From: Batkoa obscura
Lineage: Eukaryota
Reading direction: 5' to 3'
Length of the DNA: 64,000 nucleotides
NCBI GenBank assembly: GCA_030770535.1
Contig: JASVEC010000014.1
Coordinates: forward strand, 620,001-684,000
The translations under genes and the position numbers were made by a program. Positions 49,701 to 63,358 of the stretch are shown in pieces. The notes below the pieces were generated by a model that was not told the DNA's origin, ran no database searches, and saw only the letters and a list, made by a program, of their open reading frames with translations. How positions within the stretch are numbered: the first letter of the stretch is position 1; each line of letters opens with the position of its first letter.

Positions 49701-52700
49701 GATCTGATAATTTGCGATTTAAGCTTTTACTCTTTAACTTGATTGTTGGTGGTACTGATCCAGCTCCTTTGTTTTCGATTAATTTATGAGGTCTATTGAC
49801 CCTTAAATTGGACTTAGGAGGCGGCGCCGGTGTAAATACACTGCTTGGTTTTCTGTGATGGCTAAAGAGAGGTTCAGATCGGCAACTAGCTTCGGATGGA
49901 CTGACACTTATATCTTCTTTTTTCTCCGGCAAAGAAAAAGCAGAAAGCGTAGTACTTATCCTAGGCTGCTTTGTGTTGTTTGGTGGAAATTGATAATCTT
50001 CTTTCCTTGCTGTACTCTGTACTCTTTGTTTCGGACTTTCATGTTGTTTACTATTCAGTACAAGGTCTTCAATTGAATTATTGTCTGAAGGGTATGGTAT
50101 ATGTGCTTCTAAATTGGGTGAACTATCTGTAGATTCTGAGCCCATCATGGTACTATAAATTGTAAGTGCTGAAGAATACCGATGATTTTCAAAGTCTTTT
50201 TCATCCAAATATTTGATACATTGTAATACGGCGCTAAGCGAAGGTTCTAAAGATTTAGGATTAAGATATGAACTTCTAGCTTCTACATCATTCTCTTTAA
50301 TTACTGATTCTACCTTAGGATTGTAACTTTGACTTGGGCTGTTCCTATTATTATTTTCAATAATATTGTTAAGTTTAAAATCGGCAACGTTTATATTTTC
50401 GCTAGAATCATGCTTTTCAATTTGTTGACCATTTTGTTGATCTTTACTTTCTTTTTCATTATGGATAGTTTCAAATCCTTTTGACGGACTAACGCATCTT
50501 GGTCTGTTTGGACTTTTAGCTCGGGTTTGATAGCTAGGATTTTTGTTTCTACCTTCAACAAATGAATTATTAACTTGAGAAGGCTTTAACGAATCGCTCC
50601 TAGTTGAAAGTAGACTCTGACCTAGACTTTCAGTTGTTCTTATTTTTTGAGGACTCTTGCTAATTTTCATATTATTATATTCAGCTAAGATAGAATTGAA
50701 GTCTAGATCTGTAGCTTCTTTTATAATAGCTGGACCCTCCTTTTTACTATCAACCAGGCCAATTTCTTGATGAATTTTACTTGCAGTTAATAAATTACGG
50801 TCTATAACTAATTCATCTTTGCTATAAGTAGCACCATGTCGCCTTAGACCAACAGGTGGCAATTTTACAGCTTCATTACTCTTATTTGTGTTTTTAACTA
50901 ATTTTACTTCACTGACCTCATTTGTTGTATTTTTAATTGAGTTTGAAATCATATTTAATTCAGGATTACTCATATTAAGCAATATGCCTGAGGGATTAAC
51001 GATATTAGAACTATCTTCAGTTGTGGGTGATAAGTTTGCATTTGTTTTTTCAATACATGTGAGGATGTTGACTTCGCTTTCAACTTTAGCTACTTCGTTA
51101 CAATCCTCACTTTGGTTTGCCTTTTGTTTCATTGTATGATTATTTATGGTATCTTCTTTTATTTTAGTTTCACTCTTTAAAGTAGTAGGCTCCCAAGTTT
51201 TAACTTTGCCAACTGTTGTTTCTTTAGTCAGGTCTTTTTGATCAAGATGATTTTTTGTTTCATTGGTGCTACCATTCAATGGGCTTATTTTATTTACATT
51301 ATTACTACCTTTTGAAATTGAGCTTGTCTTATTCATTTGATCTTGCAGCTCAGGCTCCCATCCCTTCACTGTTCCAATTAATGATTTTAACGCACTCTCA
51401 TTAATGTTATCGGACGAGTTATTTTCCAAAAACTTATTTCTGTTGACTTTGACTTTACTTTCCAAAGTTAAGTCAGATTTTGAATGTTTACCATCGTAAT
51501 TTATCTTTGAACTTAAAGTATTATTATCAGGTGACCAAGGTCTAGCTTTAAAATTGACAGATTCTTTATTCGGTTGTGATTTTGACATTGTGCTTGTTTT
51601 AATATTAATTTCTGATCCAAACATTTTTATCCTTTCAGCAATAATCCCCTTTTTGTCTCCCTCCTTCATACTATACCCCATTCGCTTTCGATCAGAGCTA
51701 GCTACATTCTCAAGATTGAACTTATTTACTTTATTTTCATTCAATGGGTCTTTAGAACTTCCTTGAGATTTATCAACTGTTCCTATTTCCTTTTCGTTCA
51801 CCAAACGACCTATGTTTTCTCTGATAATATTGTCAGAACTATTTCTACCATCCACTTTTTGCAGCCTTATTTCTTTTCCTGATTCCAAATTTAAATCCTC
51901 TTGATTTACCTCTGACCTATACCTCAAATCTTTGTGATGGGATGCACTTTCAAAATCTAAGATGGACTCTCCTTTCAAATAAGGTTTAAAATCATCCTCA
52001 GTAGGCTGAGAAAAACTAAAAGATTCAAAACCTTGGCTTGCATCATAAGGTCTACTATCTTTAAAATTTTTGGATACCGTTTCATCCAAAATTGGTGATT
52101 TTATCTCTTCTTCTTCAACGTCTACCTGCGCTGATGTGGGCGATTCAACTCTTTTTAATGCTGGGTTAATTAAAGCTTCTTTACTCTTTTTATTCACAAG
52201 ATTATTAGAATTAGCTTCTGTTATATCCTTTGATTTTATCAATGTAGTTGGATCAACTTCCTCTTTTTCAATCAAAGGAGTGGTATTACTCCTTATATCA
52301 CATTTTTCCACTTTGGTATCTAAACTAATCTTTATTTGCTCCTTTAGATGCGCAGCATCATTAAAACTCAAGCTCCTCCTGGGGCTATCCTCAACTACAC
52401 TATTAATTAATTTGAAATCTTGATTGCTTGGAGACACTAACTGCTGTCTATTAATTGATCTATTTATAGGTGATACCACTGTTTCTCTTGATTTCTTATC
52501 ATCCTTTAAACCCTTAGACTTTAATAAAGTTTCCAAAACTGTTGGTTTTGCCTTAAATTCTTCATCGGATTCATACCTCGTTGTATTACTATGTGCTTCA
52601 CTAGTATACTCCATTGAGTTCGGCTCCACCTCATAAGTATCAAGGATGACAGAGGATGTAGGCGACAACAAATCAGTAATTGTTCGCTTAGCACACTCTT

Positions 52701-53507
52701 TTGAAGCCTGTACTTCACTATCCGTTTGATCAACCCACAACTCATTGTTGAGCTCATATGAACTGATGATCTCCATTTCTAACTCGTTAGTATCGAAACT
52801 TTCATGAACTATTTTGTATACGTTTGGTGACCTTGGTTTATCGATTGAAAAATAAGGGCTCTTTTTTTTAATGGCAGAGGCAGGCGTTTTTAGTTCGGAA
52901 TAATAGCTTATCACATCTAACTCATTATCGTTATCTTTAATTTCCACTCTTAGTGGCTTTCCTTTCCGCTTTTCAGCCAACGGAGAAGATTTGCTTGCAA
53001 TTTCATTAAATAACTCTTTTTTACCACCTAAAGTAATATTCTAGATATATTTAATATCATAATTTTTTAGTAAAAATGTTAGTTTACCCTCCAGTCAGGG
53101 CTGGCCTTTTTAGATGATTCGGCACTTGTTATCAAAGGGGTTGGTTTTGTAGTGATCGTTTCAAACAGTTGTTTTGTCTTTAAAAAATTGGCAGTTCGAT
53201 TGGGTCGTATCAATGATTTTCGAACAATCGGCGACCGCATACTTTTCAACTTTGGATTTAAAAAGTCTGTGTTTAACTTGTTCTTTGTTGGACTAATTTC
53301 ACTTTTTCCTTGAACTTCACTCATATTATTATCTGTTATCGTGTCCTTGTTAAAACTCTTGCTTTTATTTAATATTCTTGTCGTTGAAGTTGTATTACTT
53401 TGAGAAATTCTTTGTTTAAAATAGCCTGGACTGGCTGGTGCAACATGGTTAAACTTTAACTTACCAGTTCGATCTTTTTCACTATCAGTTATTGCAAAAT
53501 CCTTCAT
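46775..53507 (-). CDS. Multi-exon RhoGEF with DH-BAR-SH3 architecture (DNMBP/Tuba-like) and long low-complexity N-terminus
   Basis: Intron 53041-53087 joins the 142-aa and 1297-aa ORFs in frame; DH motifs VVEELISTEVSYREDL, WDINSLLIKPIQRFLKYPLLLR, TPKDHPDY over small exons; helical BAR-like KRDRKLYDYD; SH3 ALFPY..ELSL..WWYG..GWFPSGY. Later exon borders not all fixed. Confidence 0.85.
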
Positions 53508-54521
53508 CTTCTTCCCTATACGATTGGCTAATTTTGAATTCAGCTTTATATGTTATATTAAAAAAATATTCAATTTCTATTTTAACCATTATTTAATCAA
53601 TGCAATTCCTACAATTTCTCCTCAAAATGGAAAGTTGAATGTTCTTATCCCTATCATAGCTACAGTTTAGTTCTGACTATTGGTAATTTTTATAACTTTT
53701 TGCTTTTTAGATTTTTTTAAAATTGTACTATACCTTATATAAACTAAAGTTTATTAATCTGTTAAAAATTATGATCGTTCAAAAGGAATCCCCAATCAAG
53801 TAAATTCATTAACTGTCTAGGCTTAGCTATAAAAACGCGCGTGGTCAATTAAAATTTCACTAAGTTTCTTTAGCTTAATAATTGTTGTTTCTAAATTTGA
53901 AATAATTTTGAATATTGAAGTTTTCTCCATAGTGGAGATGTCGGTTTCTGAATTAATTGGTTTGATGAGTAGCAAAGCCATTAGGCAATAGATTATTAAA
54001 CTTTGTTATTTAATTTGTGTAACTTTAACCTTTTCAAAAGGCTTAAAATGATAAAACATTGCTTTAATAGCAAACATTATTAAAATAATCAATACTATAG
54101 TTCAAAAATACAAAAACCTAATACAATGTGTCATTATTAAAAAAATCTTTTAAAAAACATTTGAAATAAATATTAAAACTTGATTTGTATTTAAAGCTTT
54201 TTTAAATTCTTATAAACGATTTTACAATGTGTTTAGGTTAAACTAAGATTCGGTTTTTTCTAGCTTTGATTTTTTGTAAAAATAGTAAATTAGGGTTAGT
54301 TGCTATTTTGTAGCAATTTTTTTGCTCAGTTTAAAATTAGTGAACAAATTTGCAATTTAAACTTATCAATCTGAAAAATTATCTAATTTTAATCAAATTT
54401 TCACCTGCCTTAATTGAGTTCTATTTTCTCGCTAGTATAATCATTTAAATCACCATGAATAACCTGAACAAAACTGTGTGATATTTAAAGAACTGGGAAT
54501 TTCTTTATGCAATTAATATAT

Positions 54522-54616
54522 GGGGATGTATTTTTTGTTTAAGAATTTTACTACCAACTTTTCCGCTCAAATAGTGCTTAAGATAGAAAAATAATAAAGC
54601 CAAAAAAAATACCCCC
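54522..54616 (+). mobile_element. MITE family A copy
   Basis: ATAT-GGGGATG...TACCCCC-ATAT. Confidence 0.85.
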
Positions 54617-55224
54617 ATATTAATTTTATTAAAATAAATTCACAAAATTGTTAAACTTTACACTTTAGCCAGTCTCATTAGAGTTGTATAATATCTTGAA
54701 ATTAACTCCAAAACAAGTAAGTTTAATATAAAATACCCTTGAATTATTTTATTGTTATTACATATTTTTATAGATAATAACTAATATGTATTTTAACAAC
54801 AGATCAATGTTTAGTAATTTTCCTTTAGATAAAAGCCACCTGTTTAGGTTTAATAAAGTTATAATAAATACATGATTTAACAATACTACTCAAAGGCACG
54901 GGTAGCTTAATTTAGAATCATAAACTACTTGATATAAAAAAAGAAATAAATTGTTATCTCTCAAACATATCAATTATTTAGACTCCAGAAATATTGTAAG
55001 GATATAAAGTGATATATATTAAGATTTATTCATTTTATTAGTCAAATCTTTATAAACATATTATATTAAGAATGTGAAAGAGCAGAAAATAAACAACTCT
55101 ACGAAATAACCTGACTGAGTTATTTTTAGGTTGATAACTAATAATTTTAAGATTTGAGTTGTAAATGCTACATTTATTCGATAATTATATAAATAGTTTA
55201 CTATATTTTGTTGCTATTTTTTAT

Positions 55225-56277
55225 TCATTATCTTAATGTAGTAGATCAATTAAATAACGGCCCAAGGCTAAAAAAAATGGGATGACTTTGCCGAGGTCTA
55301 CATCGAGAATTATCTGTACATACATAGGAAACCATTCTTCTTAGCGCAGCATCGTTATTTTTTGTATTTCATGGGAAAGGAACTTCAAAAATTGACCCTT
55401 TTGTTATATTATGTACTGAAATTGGATTGTCAAAATTAACAACCTAAATAGTGATCCCATCTATAGTGGTAAATATTTTAATAGAGTAAATGGTAATGAT
55501 GGATCTATTGATAGTGGTCCATTCAAAGATTTTAAAGTATTTTATTACCATGGTGAAAATGATGGTAAACACTGTTTAAGATGTAAGAAAGCGTCTGATA
55601 AAAAAGTAATTGGTGGAGCTGAAATGGATAATTTATAGTTAGATCATACTCTTTTCAGTAAACTTGCTAGAAATATTGAAGGTTTAAAACATGGTCATAT
55701 TCATAATAATATTGGTCACAAATTCTCTAGTCATGCTTCATCTGATGATCCATTATTCTGTTCTCATTATGCTTTCATTGATAAATATGGTTTAATCACC
55801 AAGTGTGTTACCTAGAAACCATGGATCAATATCATATAAGTTGTCGTATTCTACTTACACTCTAGGGCTTTCCAGTTCTTTAAGAGATAGACGCTTCAGA
55901 TCGTATGTTTTATGTCTATAAAAATGATCATTTCTTATGGGTCAAGCTAGATGGTATTTCTCATGCTCCTCTCATCCCTGATTTCACTCTAGAACCATAT
56001 ACAGTAGCAACTAATGTTGCCATTCTTTAAGATTTAATTAAATGTCATACTGATTTTATTATTAAAAACTACGGGTTAGTTGCAATAGCATTAGTAGTCC
56101 ATTAGAAAATGATGTATCTTTATTTTTACTTTTCTGTATTACAAAAAAACCACCAGTTGAGTTGCTAGATGTTAATTTCATTATTAGAATGAACTTTAAC
56201 TATTCTAATATCTATGAAAATGAATTGCGTGGATTGGAATTCAAGATTTACATCAAAGCAATTGAAGTGCTTAATAA
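55225..56277 (+). pseudogene. Tyrosinase pseudogene, paralog of 14095-15285
   Basis: Colinear nucleotide match (GATAGTGGTCCATTCAAAGATTT, GCTGAAATGGATAATTTATA, GATCCATTATTCT) with stops and frameshifts; 5' end not found. Confidence 0.9.
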
Positions 56278-56505
56278 AAGTTTAATATAGGTTAGGTTTT
56301 TGTATCTATTATTTTCAGTTTTAATTTCTATATAAATGCTTTTAATCATAATTTTAATTTATTGGATTTTGATGAACCCACTTACATTTCTAAGTGTTTT
56401 AGTACTTCTGTTTATCATTTTTATAAATAACTCCGAGGCTTTGTTATATTTAATATTCATTATAACATATTTATTAAGCATCACAATATAACTCTTTCAT
56501 AAAAT

Positions 56506-56599
56506 GGGGTTGTTTTTTAGTTTCATTATTTTTCCATTTTTTAAGCGCTATTTGAGTGCAAAGATTGTAGTAAATTCTTAAACACAAAAACACATCCCC
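56506..56599 (-). mobile_element. MITE family A copy, AAAT on both sides
   Basis: AAAT-GGGG...CCCC-AAAT. Confidence 0.85.
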
Positions 56600-56679
56600 A
56601 AATAATTCGAGTTTATTTTTAGATTATTTTTTATAAACTGAATTCAAAAAGAGTAAAAACTAAATAGATGATGTAATAA

Positions 56680-56769
56680 TATATTTTTGTATTTAAGAGT
56701 TTTACTAACAATCTTTCCACTCAAATAGTGATTAAAAGATGAAAAAGCTGATAAAGCTAAAAAAAACCC
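56680..56769 (+). mobile_element. MITE family A copy with eroded ends
   Basis: Core TTTTACTAACAATCTTTCCACTCAAATAGTG. Confidence 0.7.
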
Positions 56770-57196
56770 ATGTGTGTAACTAGAGACTTATTACTGGGTT
56801 ACTAGATAGATGTTTTTTTAATAATAGCATAAATTTTCAAAAGTTAAAATAAATAAAATAGAACTATTTTGAAACTTTAAAAAACATATGGTTTAAATAA
56901 ATTGTTTAAATTTGTATTTATTTACACCAATTTTAGCTAAATATATTCCCAGATATGTTAAAATTAGATACGATTAGTAGAGATGGCAATGTAAGTAAGT
57001 TTAGTGATAAATATAGTTTACTCCATTCTACTATTTTCACAGTAAAAAAGTTTGTCCAAATCCTCTTTTTTATTTGCAACTTTTATAAACTACAATCACT
57101 GCAAAATTACTGAATAAACCTACTAGGGTGTTAATTCAAGAACAACGATTTTATATAAATTAAAATTAATTTAATGATTATATTCAAACAATCTTG

Positions 57197-58954
57197 ATGA
57201 GCAAAAAAAGAACAATAGATGTACAAAAATCTTATAGACACTATGCGGCTGAAAAACTGGATGAGATTGAACTGAAAATAAGCCATATATTTGAACAGAT
57301 AAGTGAAAGAACGATAAGTGAAAAAGAATTAATCTTATTGTCAAATTACATAAAGTGGATTGGGTTTATTACAAAAAAATACCACTGTATATTAGAAAAG
57401 AGAGAAAAAATAGTGTATAGGAAAAATGGAAAAGAAAAATATAAACAAATTGAAAATACGTTCTTTGATGGCGTTAATAAAGGGACAGAAGTTTTTATCA
57501 AACTAAATCAACCATTCTTAGAACACCTTTACTTATCTTTTGGAGCCAATAAAAACTTATTAAACGAGCTAAACCTATCAGTGGTCATTATGTGCGGCCT
57601 AAAACCTTCTCAGCTATTTCATTGCTTCGCTAATGTTTACTGTAGTAAAATGGATCCCAACTCATTATGGTTATCAAGAGAAAACTTACTATATATACTT
57701 CGGAGTAAGAAAAACAATCTTTTAAAAGTGATGCTGTTTCAAGCGCTTATTAAACTAATTAAGTTCGAATCTGAGGAAACTGCTAACTTATTTCGATTTG
57801 AGCATATTAATTTTGAGATAGCTTTGAAAGAATGCTTTGATTACCCCTGTATTGAAAACATAACTGCAATAGTAATGTACATTAGCGAACTATATTTTTC
57901 TAGGCAACTAACGACAGCACATATATATATACAATCCTTAATCCATATCAAAGATGCTATTATGGAATTGGAATACCGTACCCCATACCTATCAAAAGAA
58001 ATGCTGGAATGGAAAGAGAGATTATGGGAAATGATTGAATTTTATCATCTTTTTTTAGGGAACCCAGAGAAGACTTCGTTACTTGGCAGGGAAATAGAAT
58101 TCAATCATGTTAAATCAAAAATCATATGTGCTCCTACTTTGCCCAGGTTATCTAATGAGCAAGTTTTATTAATTTCGTCAAAAGATGCTTTATTAAGCTT
58201 TGAATCCAAAGAAGATATATTAAGAAGGGAAATCAATAGTGAGCATTATTATTATTCATTAGCTACATGGGTTGAAATGGAAACACTAAGGGTAACTAGA
58301 AAACAAGTTTTGTGTTTAAAGTCAGGGAATAAAATCAAATATGATCTTAAATTTCATGATAACATGGTGAAACTTACTGAATTGATGGAGCAAATAAACA
58401 TTATTATTAAAAACACACCATCCGAGTATAAAAAATATGCTTTAATTACGAAAAAACAGGCTTATTATATGCTAAATCATGGTAAGAAAATATCAGATAG
58501 ATGTTATTCCTTTGGGTCTTACGCCTATAGTATCATTATTGAATGCAGGCTACTTATTATGGATCCTTTGTCTTGGAATATTACCCAACCTCATAAGCTT
58601 ACATCTCTTTATTCCTGGGATATTGCCCTTCTTGCCGCAAATGAAGTTTGGGATTATTTGGACAGAGCAATAGAAATGAATTTCAAAACAAAAGATGTTG
58701 TTTATCCTAGAATGAACAATTGTATATGCTTCCGTGCACTTATCAATTTTTCACTTAATGTATTAGCTAATGATGTTCCTTTAGAAACAAAATGGGTGTT
58801 CTATAAAAGATTGAACGAGCTCTTGCATTGGTTGAAGTACTGCACTACATCCGAGTATGGATTCCCCGATTCTTCAACCTTTTTGAATTTCATTGTAAAT
58901 AGTATTCCATCATACAATTTTTCAAATCAATTCTCATTTTCAGACTATTTATAA
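57197..58954 (+). CDS. Hypothetical helical protein (~585 aa), possibly related to the fungal TF middle-homology region
   Basis: 1.76-kb open frame in AT-rich DNA; PCIENITAI and KERLWEMI loosely resemble Fungal_trans motifs; no Cys6 cluster. Confidence 0.65.
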   Translation: MSKKRTIDVQKSYRHYAAEKLDEIELKISHIFEQISERTISEKELILLSNYIKWIGFITKKYHCILEKREKIVYRKNGKEKYKQIENTFFDGVNKGTEVFIKLNQPFLEHLYLSFGANKNLLNELNLSVVIMCGLKPSQLFHCFANVYCSKMDPNSLWLSRENLLYILRSKKNNLLKVMLFQALIKLIKFESEETANLFRFEHINFEIALKECFDYPCIENITAIVMYISELYFSRQLTTAHIYIQSLIHIKDAIMELEYRTPYLSKEMLEWKERLWEMIEFYHLFLGNPEKTSLLGREIEFNHVKSKIICAPTLPRLSNEQVLLISSKDALLSFESKEDILRREINSEHYYYSLATWVEMETLRVTRKQVLCLKSGNKIKYDLKFHDNMVKLTELMEQINIIIKNTPSEYKKYALITKKQAYYMLNHGKKISDRCYSFGSYAYSIIIECRLLIMDPLSWNITQPHKLTSLYSWDIALLAANEVWDYLDRAIEMNFKTKDVVYPRMNNCICFRALINFSLNVLANDVPLETKWVFYKRLNELLHWLKYCTTSEYGFPDSSTFLNFIVNSIPSYNFSNQFSFSDYL

Positions 58955-59669
58955 CTTGGTTGTAATTAAAAATTCAATCAATTATCGAAACTGATAGAAT
59001 ATTATTATTATTTAAATCTAAAATTGTACATACCTAAATTCGCAACCTTCAAAACATCTTTTTGAAATTCGATACAATTAATGCAAAATTGTCTTTGGTA
59101 TAATTATATCCAACTTTTTCTTGAATATTTCTCATTTTATTATAGAGGACTTTAATCAAACTCTTAGCTTATGTGTTGATATGTTATACTTTAAATCTAG
59201 GTGATAATTTTTATTATCTTAAAGTATAATATTGTTACATTAGTTATCCAATAACAATACATTTACTCTTTTGAAGTAATGAAACCATCAAGAATGACTA
59301 TTGTTTGAAATACTGTTTAACTTTTAATACATTGTAAAATACTGGCATCTTGTGTTCAAGTAGAATCAAAATCATTAAATTAGTTTGAATAAATACAAGT
59401 ATAACTCTTTTAATATTTAGTCATTCTAAAATCCATCTCCGAATACTCTTCAATTCATGGTTTAATAATTATAATCAAAAGGTTTAGTTTATGAATTTTA
59501 ATTTATTTATCTATAATTGTATTTAAGTGCAATAGTTAACCAAAAAAACATTATTCTAATTCTAAAATTGGATGAGTTAAACTTCTGGTTAATATAGCAA
59601 ATACAAGGTTTCAAATAAAAAAGGACTGGATAATGACTGATTAAGCTAGCTCATCATACTTTTATCCTT

Positions 59670-60922
59670 TTATGCTTTGGGAGAAGGCCTATGAAACAAA
59701 TATTAATAAAAAACATAATGATTTTATTACTATATTACCTGTAAACACCAACAACTAAGGCATGATCACGCTCATATGGTTCAAGAGTAAGTTGTTCTTG
59801 TGGTTTGATCTTTTCTTGTTGCATTTTTTTAACTTCACTTGCAAATACTTTAGCAGCATCAACAGTAGAATCAATACAATTAGCCTAAGAATATAAATAT
59901 AATGATTTTAAACATATTGAACTAAATACCTTAATAGAGATGACAATGTGACCTTCGTTCTTTAAGAAATGATGGGCATTAAGAGCAATAATACGAGCTT
60001 GATCAGGTTGGGCAACATCAGCAAATACTACATCAACCATACCGACTAACATACGATATTTATGAGGGTGACGGGCATCTTCAATGATAGGGATGACATT
60101 TGTACGTTTTTTGGCGACATTGATAAGATCACGTCCGGAACGGTGGGAGAATTCAACAGCATATACAACGCCTTCTGGACCAACGATATCAGCAACATGG
60201 GAAACAGTAGTACCAGAAGAACCACCTAAGTATAAAACTTTCTTTCCTGGTGCAATGTGGATATTATCGATACCACCTAAAATACCAGCAGCTAATTTTG
60301 AACGGAAAGGATTCCATACACGATACTCAGTTTTAGTACCATCTGCTGCCTAAAATAGTTAGTTTCAAATACATTCTATTATCTAAGCAAACTTACTTCA
60401 ACTGAAATACGTTTTTCACCATAGGTACTTTCGCCAGGAACAAGATTTTTAGTAACTAAGAGATCTTCTTTTCCTCTAGCAACAAAAACACCTAATCTTG
60501 TTAACATTTTATTACCATACTTACAAATAATAGTTTACCTTCATGACGATGGGGCTCTACAATAACTTTAGCCCCACCTCTAGCTCCAGCACCTCCTCCA
60601 CGGCCTCCTCTGCCGCCACGGCCACCTCTATCTCCTCCTCTTCCACGAGGAGCTCCACGGCCCCCTCCACGGCCTCCACCAAAGCTTCCTCCACGGCCTC
60701 CTCCTCTACCTCCACCAAAACCGCCACGGCCTCCTCCTCTGCCACCACGGTCTCCACCAAAACCACCACGGCCTCCTCCGCGGCCTCCTCCTCTGCCACC
60801 ACGGTCTCCACCAAAGCCGCCACGGCCTCCTCCTCTACCTCCTCCTCCTCTGCCACCACGATCACCTTTTCAAATTAATAATATTCGAATAAAAATAATA
60901 AATGAAACATACCGAAACCCAT
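59670..60922 (-). CDS. NOP1: Fibrillarin (rRNA 2'-O-methyltransferase), 6 exons
   Basis: Spliced reading gives MGFGDRGG GAR domain, [58 protein letters not shown]; five short GT-AG introns. Confidence 0.97.
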
Positions 60923-61872
60923 TTTTTAGTAGTATATAATAAAGGTAAAAAAGTTAAAGAAGAACTTAATGATTAAATCTATATTCAAAGTATTTCAGAA
61001 GAGCTTATATGTACTCTTTGCTTTTTTATCAAATAGATTTAAAGATAACAATATACTTTTTTTAATTTTTTATTTCTAGTTCTTCGATTTTTCATTCGAA
61101 TTTTATTCATAAGTTTTGACCCAATCCCTGCCAAAGTATTTTGATATTGACTAATCAAATTCGACATTAATTTATTCTTTGGACCAGTTGGATATATGGG
61201 ATTTTATTCGAATTTTTAAATTAGAAAAGTGGTAAATATTATAAATTTGTATTATTTGATAATGTAAGTGTTTTAACTGTTTTAATTTCACTAATATCCT
61301 TGAGCTTTATATAACAATAATTTAATATTGTTATTAAGAATTTTAATAAAAATAAAAGGTTATATATAAATGATTGTAAAACAGTTATTTATAGCTTAAT
61401 CTTTTTTTATAAGGCACTGTAACTTGAGTTATATACTTAATAACTCGAACATTATATTTATAAATTATTCAACTTTATTAAAAACTCATTAAATCACACA
61501 ATAAATTGATACAATCGTTAAGCTAAAATTAAATATACTATTAAGTAATATAAACAAGCATGATTTCTAAAAAATTAGTAAAGACAGTTTTTCTAAAATA
61601 TCACGAATATTCCTTTAATTTCACCTTTTTAGAATCCATATAATAAAAAGATGTGTTTATTTTTTATCTACAGACTAATGCAAAATATTAAATATTGATA
61701 TAGCTAAAACTTTGAAAAACTAACATTTAAACAAGTACAAGATGTCTACGCTTTATATTGGCAAAGAAAGCAAAAATACTTATGAAATACAAATATAATT
61801 TAAAATAACCTATAATTTTCTTTTAAAAATTTTTTATCACAATAACAATAAAAAGTAATATTGTTAATATTT

Positions 61873-61968
61873 GGGGCTGTGTTTTTGTGTTTAAGAATTT
61901 TACTAACAAATTTTCCGTTCAAATAGCACTTAAAATGGAGGAAGTAATGAAATCAAAAAAACATCCCC
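61873..61968 (+). mobile_element. MITE family A copy
   Basis: GGGGCTGTG...CATCCCC. Confidence 0.85.
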
Positions 61969-62097
61969 ATATTATACCTGCTTTTATAAAGTGATGTATA
62001 CTGGTTTAATTTAATTATATTATAATTTTTAATTATGTATAACAAATAAATTTTAATGAATAATGTTTTAGTTTAATTTTTATTATAATTAATGTAT

Positions 62098-62150
62098 ATT
62101 TTATTTTTATTTTTATTTTTATTTTTATTTTTATTTTTATTTTTATTTTT
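62098..62150. repeat. (TTTTTA)n microsatellite
   Basis: Read directly. Confidence 0.9.
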
Positions 62151-62664
62151 TTTTCACTTTTTTATTTTTATTTTATATATTAGGATATTTAAATACAAAA
62201 TTCAGATTTTTCAAAAGTTTAAAAAAAGTTGTCCTAAATTATTTTGCTTCAATTTTAATAATTTAATAGTTTTATTATTACTAGTATAAAAATTAAAATT
62301 AGTAAAAAACAGACTATTTTAAACTATATTTTTTAACATTATTATTTTTCATTAAAATCATACTGCTTTGAAAATATTTATAAAAACTTTAAGTATTTTG
62401 CATTTATATTATTTAAAAAACAGCCTATATTTTAAGTTTTTGAATTATTTAATATATAGATATATAAATATAAATATGAATATAAATATAAATATATTTT
62501 AAATTTTAAGTAATTATTAAAATATTATTAGAAACAATAATAGGCAATAATAAGTGTAATAATAAGATAAAAAACTATTTATAAAAACAACAGTTTGGAA
62601 ATATCAGATTAAATGATTAAAACAAAAATTAAGCATATTTGTTAAAAAATTTAAAAAAGCAATT

Positions 62665-62762
62665 GGGGATGTATTTTTGTGTTTAATAATTTTACTAACA
62701 AATTTTCTACTCAAATAGCACTTAAAAGTAGAAAAAATAATGAAGTCAAAAAAAACACTCTC
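62665..62762 (+). mobile_element. MITE family A copy, AATT on both sides
   Basis: AATT-GGGGATG...CACTCTC-AATT. Confidence 0.85.
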
Positions 62763-63099
62763 AATTGATAAATAGTTTATTTTTTTATAAAAAAATAGAA
62801 ACTTTTTTAAAGCAGTTTATAATAATAAATTTTAGTTAATTTGAAATTAATTACTTGACTATCTATTTAAAAAGATATTAACAATAGTTTAAATAATCCA
62901 GTTTATTTATCATGTTTTTTGATAATTAATACTTATCTTAATAAAATAAGATTTTTATTTAATGATTATCAAAAAACATTAACTAATAAGTTTTAACTTA
63001 ATTTATATCAATTGAAATATAAAACTTTATAAGTCAATATTAACATTGGGAAAAATTTGAAACTTTCAATGAAATTCATAAAATTAAAAGTTTTTATTT

Positions 63100-63200
63100 A
63101 ATTTTAAGCTTTTCAAGTTTAATTAATTATACATTAAGGACTTAAATTTAAAATTTGTATTAATTTTTAATTAAATTCTGAAACCAACTTGGACATTCCC
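63100..63200 (-). mobile_element. Repeat family B terminal segment
   Basis: ATACATTAAGGACTTA...TTGGACATTCCC matches the reverse complement of 17346 onward. Confidence 0.6.
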
Positions 63201-63358
63201 ACTTATTGTTATTATTTCTAGTTTAGTAATTTTAAAATTTAGATTACAAGAATCAAACGATTTAATAAAGTTATTAGTTTGGATATGGAAATGCAGTATA
63301 TTATAATTTATATATTAACATAGTAGATATTCTGAGTATGATATTTATAAAAATTTTA

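Noticed and set aside
60084..60353. 89-aa plus-strand ORF
   Set aside because: Antisense shadow of a fibrillarin exon
60543..60878. Ser/Thr/Ala-rich and Glu/Val/Ala-rich ORFs
   Set aside because: Alternative frames of the fibrillarin RGG exon
59689..60912. Intronic snoRNAs in fibrillarin
   Set aside because: Introns are only ~45-50 nt, too short to host them
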